A DNA stretch of 64,000 nucleotides from Myxococcales bacterium (GCA_003170275.1 PNAM01000059.1:47389-111388); one strand, 5' to 3'. Positions 40,097-48,174 are shown, counted from the first letter of the stretch. Made by a program: numbers and translations. The notes: generated from the sequence alone by a model not told the origin.

Positions 40097-40538
40097 CGTT
40101 GCCCCTCAGTAGGGGCGTTCCCGCGCGACCAGCCGGTATCTTACCACCGTCGACGGGAACGCCGCCCAGAAAGTCGTCGAGGTCGCTACGCCGCCACATC
40201 ATCGTTCCGACGCCGCCGCGACGGCCCCAGCAACGGACGCGGCCCAGCATCTTCGCCTTGCGCAGGCCGGCGGCGGTCTTGAACCCGCAGTACGCAGCGG
40301 CCTCCGCCGTCGTTAGAAACTCCGCTGTCGGCGACGGAGCCGGCACACGTCGCAGCTCCGGCGGTGACTGCCTCGGCGGCTGGCGGGCGAGCTTGGAGGC
40401 CTGGTCCCGCGCGACCTGGGCCTGGGGCGTGCGCTGCTGATGATGATCCGCCGCATGCTCTTCCTCGGCAACCGACGAAGGCTGCCCGCGCTCATCTGGC
40501 GCCTGCCAGAGACCATCGCTCGTCAAGTCGTCGTGCAT
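39717..40538 (-). CDS. excisionase-like HTH protein. The ORF has no stop until 380 nt inside the integrase gene.
   Basis: HTH_17-like core FLTTAEAAAYCGFKTAAGLRKAKMLGRV...MWRRSDLDDFL at residues about 73-134. The remaining 130 aa are low-complexity and encoded in an alternate frame of int. Confidence 0.5.
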   Translation of the reverse strand: MHDDLTSDGLWQAPDERGQPSSVAEEEHAADHHQQRTPQAQVARDQASKLARQPPRQSPPELRRVPAPSPTAEFLTTAEAAAYCGFKTAAGLRKAKMLGRVRCWGRRGGVGTMMWRRSDLDDFLGGVPVDGGKIPAGRAGTPLLRGNDDQDQLGDEIQRLDSAGSDSSGSLAQKGGRVSRPGARSRPAEQPSHRIPQGGDGHGGSRSRVRVPAGAAAGSARAGNGAAQQKAAFVQKLRALVDGAEDHARKVEKRKEPGALGVGAGKSSGTGVR

Positions 40539-40748
40539 GCTTGTCCTCCTCGAGCTTCAGGTCGTCTCCGATGGTTCTTCAGTGCGGTGGCACGCACGGC
40601 TGAGCGACTGTTTTGCATCCACGCTCGCGCACCGGCTGGCGACTGACGCTCACCCTATCACCTACATCATCTCTTGGTGTCATGTCAATCGTATTGCGTG
40701 TATTTTACAATCTATCAGATGTATTCGACGTGGTGATTGGCTGATCCG

Positions 40749-41855
40749 CTACCCGGCAGCCGCCCGGTGGTGGTGGCGCCACAGCGCGTCTAGCGCGGCG
40801 ATCCAGCGCTGAAGGAAGGCGTCAGCGGTCTCGGATTTTCTATTGACCACGGCCATCCAGTCGCGCAGCGCATCGGGGTGGGTTTTCAATAGCTCAGCGG
40901 TGGTTTCGATAAATGTGTTGCCGAGAATGCAGCCGACGCACAGGTCGTCTCCGCCTGGGTCCTCCACCGGTGCGACGACTTCAGCAGCGGCTCCGTCAGC
41001 GCGGCTGCGCACCTCCCCGAGTAGCACCTTGGCGAGCCACCTCACGGCCTCTGCGCCGCCCCGGCGTACATCGGGGTCGTCGATCAGGATCTTCACCTTG
41101 CAAGAAGGTCTGTCGAGGACGAGTCCCGACAGAACCTCTTGCACCTTTTTCCGATCACGCTCGCCACCGACGAGAATGACGATCACCGGCGTCTTTCCGT
41201 CGGGGCACTGGCGGGCGTTGTCCTGCTGCAGGAGGCGGGCGTAGCGGCGCAGCTTCTCCGCGATTTTCGCCGGCGGCGTGGCTTGGCCGCTGATCAGCTC
41301 GAGAAAAAAACGAGCGTTCGCCGTCACGATGGTGGCGTCCGGCGCGACGCGAAATTCCCGACCGAGAGGATCTCTCCACTCGAAGACGGTTGATCCGTAA
41401 GGGTGCCACGCGAAAGCGTTGGCCCGCCGTCGTACGCCGGCGATCCAGCGGCGAAGCTGGTTCCACCCCGGCGCCTTCTCCGCGGTCACGAGGTGGCACC
41501 GCCCTTCGCCCACGAGCTCGAGGTACAGGCGGTTGAGCGTTTCGCGCTCCCAGGTGCGGATGTCACCCAGGCTCAACCCGGCGACGCGTACGTCGAAGCA
41601 CGCGTCGAGCGCTTCTTCTGGAAACTCGCGCATTACTGCCGCCACGCCGCACTTGGTCAAGCGCCAGGCGAAGTAGGACGGATCCGTGGCGCCCTTGGTG
41701 TGGCGCACGATCAGCTCCAAGACCTCGAGGTTCCGGACCCGCCGCTGCCCGACCTTCGGCGTGGAGAAAAAGGCATTCACCAGCTCGCGCGTCGTCGCAA
41801 GCTGTAAGCGGGCCAAGGTCCGAAGCATCTCGAGATCCCGTGCCTGCATTCGCAT
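40749..41855 (-). CDS. replication-relaxation (Replic_Relax)-like protein, paralogue 1
   Basis: N-terminal wHTH pattern RDLEMLRTLARLQLATTRELVNAFF...RRVRNLEVLELI. Core RVAPDATIV...FFLELISG...KLRRYARLL. Confidence 0.6.
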   Translation of the reverse strand: MRMQARDLEMLRTLARLQLATTRELVNAFFSTPKVGQRRVRNLEVLELIVRHTKGATDPSYFAWRLTKCGVAAVMREFPEEALDACFDVRVAGLSLGDIRTWERETLNRLYLELVGEGRCHLVTAEKAPGWNQLRRWIAGVRRRANAFAWHPYGSTVFEWRDPLGREFRVAPDATIVTANARFFLELISGQATPPAKIAEKLRRYARLLQQDNARQCPDGKTPVIVILVGGERDRKKVQEVLSGLVLDRPSCKVKILIDDPDVRRGGAEAVRWLAKVLLGEVRSRADGAAAEVVAPVEDPGGDDLCVGCILGNTFIETTAELLKTHPDALRDWMAVVNRKSETADAFLQRWIAALDALWRHHHRAAAG

Positions 41856-41866
41856 CGCCCATCCCC

Positions 41867-42940
41867 CTATTCAGAAGGCAGCCGGTAGCCTGGGTCAGGC
41901 GACGACGGGACGCATTCGGCGAGTGCGTGCAGCGATCGCTTCCAGCACGCAAGCATTTCCGGGATCTGGCCCTCGATCTTCTCGAACATCGGCGCCGCTT
42001 CCCGGAGAAACACGTGATTCGAGCGAACGAACGCCCTGACGACCTGACCTAGGTCGCCGCCCGGAGCTGCGGGCTGTACCCAGTCGGCATCTTCATCCTT
42101 GAACAAGATTTCGGAGAGCCACGGCGTCGCGTCCCGGTTTGCGACCAACACCCGTGCATGGTGGCCCGCCTGCCCGAGCAACCGCTCGGCGAGCCGTGCA
42201 ATCCCAACGCGGCGACCCTCACTCTTGACTACAAACACCACCCAGGGCGCAAAGCCGTCGGCGTAGCGCCGGGTGTACCCGCTTCGCAGAAAGAAGGCGT
42301 AGCGGCTGAGGTGCTCTTCGATGCGCGACAGGCCCTTGTTCGACCGGTCGAACTCGATAAAGAGCCGCACTCGCTTGGCGGGCGCCGTCACCGTGGCGTC
42401 GGGCACCAGACGGACCTCGCCCGACTCCTTGTTGAGCTGGATGACCACGTCTCCGTCGGATTGCCACTGCAGTTGGTCGGCGCGGCGAACGCGGTCCACC
42501 CATTCTTCCACTTCATCTTGGCTCCCGTGCTCGAACCCCTCGCTAGATTCGCTGCGCAAGAGATTGAAGTACACGCGCGAGATGGCCTCCCGGTGCTCGA
42601 GGTCAATGAGCGGTTGGCTCTGGAGGCGCTGATCAAGACCGGACGGGATCTGCTCGTTCGGAAACGCATCCAGCACGGCTTTGATACCGGCAGTGGTGAG
42701 GCACCAGGCCGAGTACCCGTGCGAGGCGGCGACGCCGCGCCTGTGGCATCGGATCAAGTGCCGGTTCGCAAGCCTCCCGATCCGCTCTTTGACCGGGCAC
42801 CCGTCCGTGAAGAAGTTCTCGGCGATCTCCCACTTCGTCAAAAAACGCACCCGCGCCAATGCCCTTAGAATCTCCAAGTCCCGCACCACCTCCAGTTGCC
42901 CCCGCTCAATGCACCGCTCCCTTTTGTTCTTGTTCTCCAT
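41867..42940 (-). CDS. replication-relaxation (Replic_Relax)-like protein, paralogue 2
   Basis: RDLEILRALARVRFLTKWEIAENFF...IGRLANRHLI. Core LVPDATVT...LFIEFDRSNKG...HLSRYAFFL. Start at 42940 (MENKNK) is preferred over 42979. Confidence 0.6.
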   Translation of the reverse strand: MENKNKRERCIERGQLEVVRDLEILRALARVRFLTKWEIAENFFTDGCPVKERIGRLANRHLIRCHRRGVAASHGYSAWCLTTAGIKAVLDAFPNEQIPSGLDQRLQSQPLIDLEHREAISRVYFNLLRSESSEGFEHGSQDEVEEWVDRVRRADQLQWQSDGDVVIQLNKESGEVRLVPDATVTAPAKRVRLFIEFDRSNKGLSRIEEHLSRYAFFLRSGYTRRYADGFAPWVVFVVKSEGRRVGIARLAERLLGQAGHHARVLVANRDATPWLSEILFKDEDADWVQPAAPGGDLGQVVRAFVRSNHVFLREAAPMFEKIEGQIPEMLACWKRSLHALAECVPSSPDPGYRLPSE

Positions 42941-43000
42941 TGTTCTTCCTTCCATTTCCCCCTTTCCTCTGACCTCCAACTGCTCAACTTCTCAAACCCA

Positions 43001-43045
43001 TCACTGTTTCAACCTCACTGTTTCTGATCTCCGATCCATTTCTGA
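43001..43045. repeat. short direct repeats TCACTGTTTC x2 and (A/G)TTTCTGA x2
   Basis: TCACTGTTTC at 43001-10 and 43015-24. GTTTCTGA at 43020-27 and ATTTCTGA at 43038-45. They sit inside a strongly G-poor tract. Confidence 0.6.
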
Positions 43046-43073
43046 CCACCACCACCTCCATCCACCTGTCCCT

Positions 43074-43211
43074 GGCTCTGCCTGCTGCCCATTCCCACCC
43101 ATTTCAATTCCACTCCCACCTGACCCCTCCATCTATGTTGTTGAGAGGGAGGGGTCAGGTGGGCGTGGAACAAGCTCCTGCCGTTGGTGGGAATGGGCAG
43201 CAGGCAGAGCC
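43074..43211. repeat. 138-nt composite inverted repeat (extended hairpin)
   Basis: Outer arms 43074-43099 and 43186-43211 are perfect 26-nt reverse complements. Inner arms 43111-43130 and 43148-43167 match 19/20, with a perfect 16-nt core. 17-nt apical loop and an asymmetric internal loop. Confidence 0.85.
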
Positions 43212-43300
43212 ATCCCCGCATGACTGCTCGTCGATAGTCGGCGTCGTAGTCGGGTCCAAGGGTTGTAGCGCGGGTTGCACGGTGTCGGGACGCCGACTCC

Positions 43301-43318
43301 GGCGCCGACGTCGGCGCC
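43301..43318. repeat. perfect 18-bp palindrome GGCGCCGACGTCGGCGCC
   Basis: Self-complementary by inspection. Lies between the hairpin and the RHH-like gene. Confidence 0.8.
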
Positions 43319-43440
43319 GAGGCAAGAAGCAAGTTGGTGGACAGTCACCGTTCATGCCTTGCATTCAAGTCTGCTCAAAAAGCGAAGTCAAGCGAATTAG
43401 ATGTAATTCACACACGAATAGAGTGTAGTAGTGCGCGCGA

Positions 43441-43469
43441 TTGACTGGGTATAGCCACCGTGGTACGTT
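43441..43469 (+). promoter_or_regulatory. candidate promoter giving a leaderless transcript
   Basis: TTGACT, 17 nt, TACGTT. The -10 element ends 6 nt before the ATG at 43476. No Shine-Dalgarno is possible. Confidence 0.35.
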
Positions 43470-43475
43470 CTTTTT

Positions 43476-43895
43476 ATGGGAGAGAAGCAGCCGAGTGGAG
43501 GCGTGAAGCGCCCTGTTCCAGTAGCCGCGCGCACGGGGCGCCCAGGGCCGCGGGCCCCGGTCGTCACCATCCGCTTTCCCATCGCGTACATGAAGATTGT
43601 CGAGCAGGAGGCGGAACGTTTAGAGATTGGTCGCGGTAATTTTCTCACGATGCTGGTGAAGCGCGAGCAGGGCATGGCGAAGTTCGAACGACCGGCCGAC
43701 GCACCAGCGCACTTTGTCAAGAAGGCCGATCTCGAGAAGATCCAGCCCTACAGTTGGTACGTAACACCTGCGACCCGCGACTGGGTCGACGGGGAGCGAC
43801 TCCGGATGGGCATGGGCATCACCACCTATATGATCTTCCAGATCAACCGATGGCTCGGCAACGCGAGAGGGCCGGAGCTACGAGCGGAACGATAA
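43476..43895 (+). CDS. hypothetical small protein, possible tandem ribbon-helix-helix regulator
   Basis: Two segments with a strand-helix-helix pattern: VTIRFPIAYMKIVEQEAERLEIGRGNFLTMLVKRE and SWYVTPATRDWVDGERLRMGMGITTYMIFQINRWL. Fold assignment is inferential. Confidence 0.45.
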   Translation: MGEKQPSGGVKRPVPVAARTGRPGPRAPVVTIRFPIAYMKIVEQEAERLEIGRGNFLTMLVKREQGMAKFERPADAPAHFVKKADLEKIQPYSWYVTPATRDWVDGERLRMGMGITTYMIFQINRWLGNARGPELRAER

Positions 43896-43908
43896 GCGCT
43901 AGCTGTCT

Positions 43909-44076
43909 CTCAGGACTCGGCGGTGCCCTCGCGGGTAGGCCCATGTGGATCAAGATCTTCTTGGCGGTATCCCGATCCTCGATCACCGAGATCAGGTTCA
44001 TAGGGCCGGCGCACCGAGGGCACACCAGAACCTCGAACCCCCACGTTCGCTTCATCAACACTGACCACTTCATAAT
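43909..44076 (-). pseudogene. IS91-family (Y2) transposase C-terminal relic
   Basis: The translation WSVLMKRTWGFEVLVCPRCAGPMNLISVIEDRDTAKKILIHMGLPARAPP matches the conserved C-terminal zinc-ribbon tail of IS91-type transposases. Only about 55 aa are present. Confidence 0.6.
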
Positions 44077-44291
44077 CGGTGGAACGGGGGATCGCCGGGC
44101 ACCAGCGTCAGGGTGGCGTCGGAGAGATCGCTGCTCGGGTTGAAAGAGGTGCGAACTCCGCGACAGCGAGCCTGCCATTCGGCCGAGGTCCAGGCGCCGG
44201 GGCCCAGGTGCTGGCGGTTGGTCTTCGCGGGTGCGCAGCCGGACAGGCAGCCGAGAACGAGCACAAGCAGTCTCGATTCATGGGCTCGCAT
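44070..44291 (-). CDS. small lipoprotein, hypothetical (3' end may be altered by the adjacent IS relic)
   Basis: Lipobox VLGCLSGC. 14-nt overlap with the upstream hemerythrin gene. Confidence 0.3.
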   Translation of the reverse strand: MRAHESRLLVLVLGCLSGCAPAKTNRQHLGPGAWTSAEWQARCRGVRTSFNPSSDLSDATLTLVPGDPPFHRL

Positions 44292-44778
44292 TTCGCTCCT
44301 CTTCTGCGGCGCGGAGAAGGCGCTCGATGCCTTCGAACGCGCGCGCTCCGTCGTAGTGGGGTGCCAGCGGGACCTCGGGAGCGCCCTTCAGGCGCTGCAG
44401 CAGCGACTCCGCTTCGCCCGCCGCCAGCTGGTCACAGATCTCGTACAACCCGCCGGGATCCTCTTCGAACGGATTGTGGGCAATGAGCAGTGTGCGGATC
44501 CGATCGATGATCTCGCGAGTCGGCGTGGGAACCAGCAGCGCCGCCAGGGCTGCGTGATCGAGGCGAAGCTGGCGCGCCAGAGGAAGCGGCTCGCCGGCGC
44601 GCAGACGGCGCGCGGCCGGCAAGAGGAGCTTCTCCTCCATGCCGATATGGCGGAGCAGCCCTGCCCGAAAAACTTCGAAAGCGCCGCGGTCGATCTCCGC
44701 CCCGGCGACGGCGTCGGCCAAGAGGGTATCGAGCCGCCGGTGATCGTCTTGAAGATATTTCTGCAGAGGCCCGGCCAT
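44278..44778 (-). CDS. hemerythrin HHE cation-binding domain protein
   Basis: H/E ligand pattern DDHRRLD, LLRHIGMEE, LDHAAL and IAHNPFEE. Confidence 0.75.
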   Translation of the reverse strand: MAGPLQKYLQDDHRRLDTLLADAVAGAEIDRGAFEVFRAGLLRHIGMEEKLLLPAARRLRAGEPLPLARQLRLDHAALAALLVPTPTREIIDRIRTLLIAHNPFEEDPGGLYEICDQLAAGEAESLLQRLKGAPEVPLAPHYDGARAFEGIERLLRAAEEERNASP

Positions 44779-44780
44779 GG

Positions 44781-45377
44781 TCAGCGCGTCTCCACGACGG
44801 AGGTCACCTCCAGCACGCGCGCCGGATCGCTCGCGAGGATCTCGCCTACGCGCGCCATCCACAGCTCGCGGAAGCGCGCCAGCTCGTCCAGCGACGCCTG
44901 CTCGCCGAGAGCACGGGCCATCACCGAGCGCAGCTCCCCCGACGGCGGGACGCGCCCGGGCTGGTAACCGATGTCCACAGCGGTGCCGTCATCGAGGCGG
45001 CGAAAGCGGACCCTTCCGGCGAGCGAAGGATCGAAGCGCAGCAGGCCGCGGCGGCGCCACCGCTCGGCCAGCCCGGCGAACCCGCTGTCGGTCGCCGCCC
45101 CAGTGAGGAATGTGAACACCTGCGACATCGGGCCGGAGGACGTGCCATCGTGCTCACCGCCGACGATCACCTCGATCTCGCCGCGGACGGGAGTGCCGCC
45201 AGGATAAAGCGCGCGCATGGCGGCGGCTGTCATGAGGAAGGCGCCCGCCACCGTAGGGCAGGAATGGCCGGCGAGCTTCACCACGTCGTCGTAGGTGTAG
45301 CGAAACGTCCCTCGCGCGGGCAGGGCGCCGAGGAACTCGGCGAGTGGATCGGAGAAGACGATACTGAGTGGGGTCAT
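44781..45377 (-). CDS. FmdE-like domain protein (tentative)
   Basis: KLAGHSCPTVAGAFLMT resembles the FmdE H-x-C-P-G motif. Otherwise unassigned. Confidence 0.4.
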   Translation of the reverse strand: MTPLSIVFSDPLAEFLGALPARGTFRYTYDDVVKLAGHSCPTVAGAFLMTAAAMRALYPGGTPVRGEIEVIVGGEHDGTSSGPMSQVFTFLTGAATDSGFAGLAERWRRRGLLRFDPSLAGRVRFRRLDDGTAVDIGYQPGRVPPSGELRSVMARALGEQASLDELARFRELWMARVGEILASDPARVLEVTSVVETR

Positions 45378-45521
45378 GCTCGCCAGACAGTCAAGCCGCG
45401 TGCCAAGACGGAGGGAAGAGATACCTTGGCGCCCAGACAATTGCGTGGGTACCAAGATACTGGCACGCGCAAAATATGCGGCAGGAGCGCCCTGACCACG
45501 CAAGGGCTGCGCGGAAGCGGA

Positions 45522-46025
45522 TCAGCGACGAGACGGCTTGGGGGCGTCACCTTCGAAGAAGAAGGTCGGTTTCACCGGACCGAGTCGCTCGGCGAGATCG
45601 ACCAGCCCCTCGGCGATCGCGCGGCGGCGCGCCTCCGGCATCCCCGCCAGCGCCGCGACCAGCTGGGACTGCGGCGCGGCCGGCGCGCGACGCAACACCT
45701 TGGCGCCCGCAGGCGTCAAGCTGACCTCGACCCGGCGGCCGTCCGCAGCCGAGGTGCCCCGGTTCACCAGGCCGCGATCTGTCAAGCGTCGGATCAAGCC
45801 CGAGATGGTGCTCGGATCGGTGACCGTGAGCGCGGCGATCTCGTTGACGGAGCGGGGTCGCTGGTCGGCGAGTTGCTGAAGCACGAACAGCTGCGCAACG
45901 CTGAGCCCGAGCTCGCGCTCGACCTCGGTAGCAGAGAGACGCAGCGCCCGAACGATCCGTCGCAGCGCATCCATGCAAGCGCGAACGTCGTCATCTTCGC
46001 GGGGCCGCTTTTTTCGAGAAGTCAT
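45522..46025 (-). CDS. MarR-family transcriptional regulator
   Basis: LSVAQLFVLQQLADQRPRSVNEIAALTVTDPSTISGLIRRLTDRGLV winged-helix pattern. Confidence 0.85.
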   Translation of the reverse strand: MTSRKKRPREDDDVRACMDALRRIVRALRLSATEVERELGLSVAQLFVLQQLADQRPRSVNEIAALTVTDPSTISGLIRRLTDRGLVNRGTSAADGRRVEVSLTPAGAKVLRRAPAAPQSQLVAALAGMPEARRRAIAEGLVDLAERLGPVKPTFFFEGDAPKPSRR

Positions 46026-46132
46026 TCGCGTCCGAGCTTGAACCAGCGGGTGCCCTTCATCAAGGGCGCAAACGCTGCGCGAATCGACTGGCGGGCCCCG
46101 GTGGCACGAGTCTTCCAGGGCTCGCCGGCACG

Positions 46133-47314
46133 ATGACTCCGACCCAGCAGGTGATGCCACTCTCCGAACGGCTGAGACGAGAGCCCTTCCGCATCTTGTT
46201 CCCTCTGGGGGCGCTCTTGGCCTGGGTGGCGGTCCTGCCGTGGGTCCTCTTCGGTACCGGGTTCATCCGGGCCTGGCTCGGCACCTACCACGCGCTGACG
46301 ATGACCCAGGGATTCCTCATTGCCATGGCCTTCGGATTCCTCGGCACGATGCTGCCGCGACGCACCGGCGCGGCGCCGCTGACGACGGTCGAGCTGCTGG
46401 TCGCGGTCCTGGCGCTGGTCGCCGTGCCCGTTTGCCTCATCGCCGATCTCCTGGTCGGGGCGGAGCTGGCCTACCTGATCGTGCTGGGGACGCTGGTGCA
46501 GTTTGCGCTGCGCAGGTTGCGGCGCACCAGCCGCCCGCCACACCCCTCGTTCGTCTTTCTGCCGCTCGGGCTGGTGGGCGGAATGATCGGATCCATCCTG
46601 ATCGTCTGTAGCAGGCTTGGGAGCCCTGCCCTCCTGGGTCCCGGACGTGCACTGGTGGAAGAGGGGCTGCTTCTCTCGTTGGTGCTCTCCGTCGCGCCGA
46701 TGCTCGCGTCGATCATCGAGCACGATCGCCCGCTCGCCGATCCCGGCGAGCGCGTTTACCGGCGGCAGCGCGCGCTGCATCTGCTCGCCGGAGCGCTGCT
46801 GTTCGGGAGCTTTGCCGTTCAGTTCGCCGTGTCCGAGCAGGCCGGGGTGCTCCTCCGTGGAACCATCGTCGCGCTCGAAGTGGCGTGGGCCTCCCGCCCC
46901 GATCGCTTTCCCACGGTCCCGGGCCTGCATCGGAGAATGTTCTGGTTGGCTCTGCTGCTCGTCCCCGTTGGCGAGCTTGCTGCCGGCGCGCGGCCGGCCC
47001 TCCGCATCCCGCTGCTCCACCTCACCTTCGTGGGCGGATTCTCGCTCCTGGTTTTTGCCGTCTCCTTCCACGTCGTCTTCCTGCACACCGGCCGCGAAGC
47101 ACTGGCACGAGCGCGGCCCTGGCCGGTCGCGCTGGTGGGCACGCTGGTGCTGCTGGCGGCGGCCGCGCGCGCCTGCGCCGAGCACTTCTCGCGGCACTAC
47201 TTCGAGGCGCTCGCGACCGCGTCCTCGCTCTGGCTGGCCGGCGCCTTGATCTGGGGGGCCTACGTCATGTGGCTCATCTCGTCGGCGAGCGGCGTGACGG
47301 AAGAGCGAAGTTGA
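46133..47314 (+). CDS. NnrS-like haem/copper membrane protein
   Basis: About 12 TM helices. YHALTMTQGFLIAMAFGFLGTMLPRRTG resembles the NnrS WHxHEMxFGF...GFLLTAxPNWTG motif. Confidence 0.55.
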   Translation: MTPTQQVMPLSERLRREPFRILFPLGALLAWVAVLPWVLFGTGFIRAWLGTYHALTMTQGFLIAMAFGFLGTMLPRRTGAAPLTTVELLVAVLALVAVPVCLIADLLVGAELAYLIVLGTLVQFALRRLRRTSRPPHPSFVFLPLGLVGGMIGSILIVCSRLGSPALLGPGRALVEEGLLLSLVLSVAPMLASIIEHDRPLADPGERVYRRQRALHLLAGALLFGSFAVQFAVSEQAGVLLRGTIVALEVAWASRPDRFPTVPGLHRRMFWLALLLVPVGELAAGARPALRIPLLHLTFVGGFSLLVFAVSFHVVFLHTGREALARARPWPVALVGTLVLLAAAARACAEHFSRHYFEALATASSLWLAGALIWGAYVMWLISSASGVTEERS

Positions 47315-47320
47315 GCTACG

Positions 47321-47668
47321 TTGGAGCCGTGCGAGTGGAACCTCTGGCTCACGGGGCTGACCCACGCGCCCGCCGCGATGGTGGCGGGTGTGGATGGTCA
47401 TCGGATCCTCGCCGCCGCGTTGTCCTTGGCATCGACAGGCGCATTGATGATCCTCTTCAAGGCCGGCTCATCCCCGGCGGGCGCTACCACGCTCATCATC
47501 TCTCTGGGAATCGTCACGCGGCCGCTCTACCTCGTCGTCATCGAGGTCGCCGTCGCGCTCCTGGTCTTGCAAGCCATCGCCATCAATCGCCTGGCCGGCG
47601 TCGACTATCGGCTGTGGGCGCGACGCGTCGGGTCGGCAGACGCGTCCACGCCCAAGGAGAGTAGATGA
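47321..47668 (+). pseudogene. HPP-family membrane protein relic (C-terminal half only, motif degenerate)
   Basis: ALMILFKAGSSPAGATTLIISLG aligns with the HPP(A/S)GA signature, but HPP reads SSP. No N-terminal half is present. Confidence 0.4.
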
Positions 47669-48174
47669 GCTTCGTGCACCTTGGCCGGAAGCCTGCGACC
47701 GATGAGACGCCCAGTGGCCTGCTGCTCGACTGCCACGCGCGCATTCGTTCGTTTGCCCAGCTCGCAGTGCGTCTGGCGGAGGACGACGCACCCAACGCCG
47801 AGCTCGCGGACGCGGCGGCGCGCGTGCACCGTTACTTCACGCAGGCGCTGCCGCTGCACGTCGCCGATGAGGAGCAGTCCTTGGCCCCTCGCCTACGACG
47901 GTTTGCACCTGACGTTGGCGAGGCGCTCGCAACCATGGAGCTCGAGCATCGCGCGCACGACGAGATTCTGGCGAATCTAGTTCCAGCGTGGGACGCGCTC
48001 CGCTCTGACCCGAGCCTGCGCCGGGACACCCTCGATGACGCACGCCGGCTTCGCTCCCAGTTGGAGACGCACCTTGCAGCCGAGGAGCGAGTCGTCCTCC
48101 CGGCCATTGCCCGCTTGCCCGCTGAAGAAGCGCGCGCGATCCTCGCCGAGCTGCGAGCCAGGCGTGCCACATGA
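47665..48174 (+). CDS. hemerythrin HHE cation-binding domain protein
   Basis: LLDCHARIR, LHVADEE, MELEHRAHD and THLAAEE ligand pattern. ATGA overlap with the upstream ORF. Confidence 0.75.
   Translation: MSFVHLGRKPATDETPSGLLLDCHARIRSFAQLAVRLAEDDAPNAELADAAARVHRYFTQALPLHVADEEQSLAPRLRRFAPDVGEALATMELEHRAHDEILANLVPAWDALRSDPSLRRDTLDDARRLRSQLETHLAAEERVVLPAIARLPAEEARAILAELRARRAT

Larger units (their letters stand above)
38759..44076. mobile_element. tRNA-Val-associated integrative element; right boundary undefined
   Basis: A tyrosine integrase starts 85 nt after the tRNA. It is followed by an xis-like HTH gene and two replication-relaxation-like genes. GC is lower than the flanks and the intergenic regions are AT-rich. 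An IS91-type relic lies at the far end. Confidence 0.55.

Noticed and set aside
46052-46067. GCCCTTcatcAAGGGC small palindrome in the MarR / NnrS divergent region
   Set aside because: The 6-bp arms in GC-rich DNA are too short to distinguish from chance. It is noted only as a place to look for a MarR operator.
46022-47401. 459-aa ORF on the minus strand
   Set aside because: It is antisense to the NnrS-like membrane protein gene. It is a charged low-complexity sequence with no domain signature.
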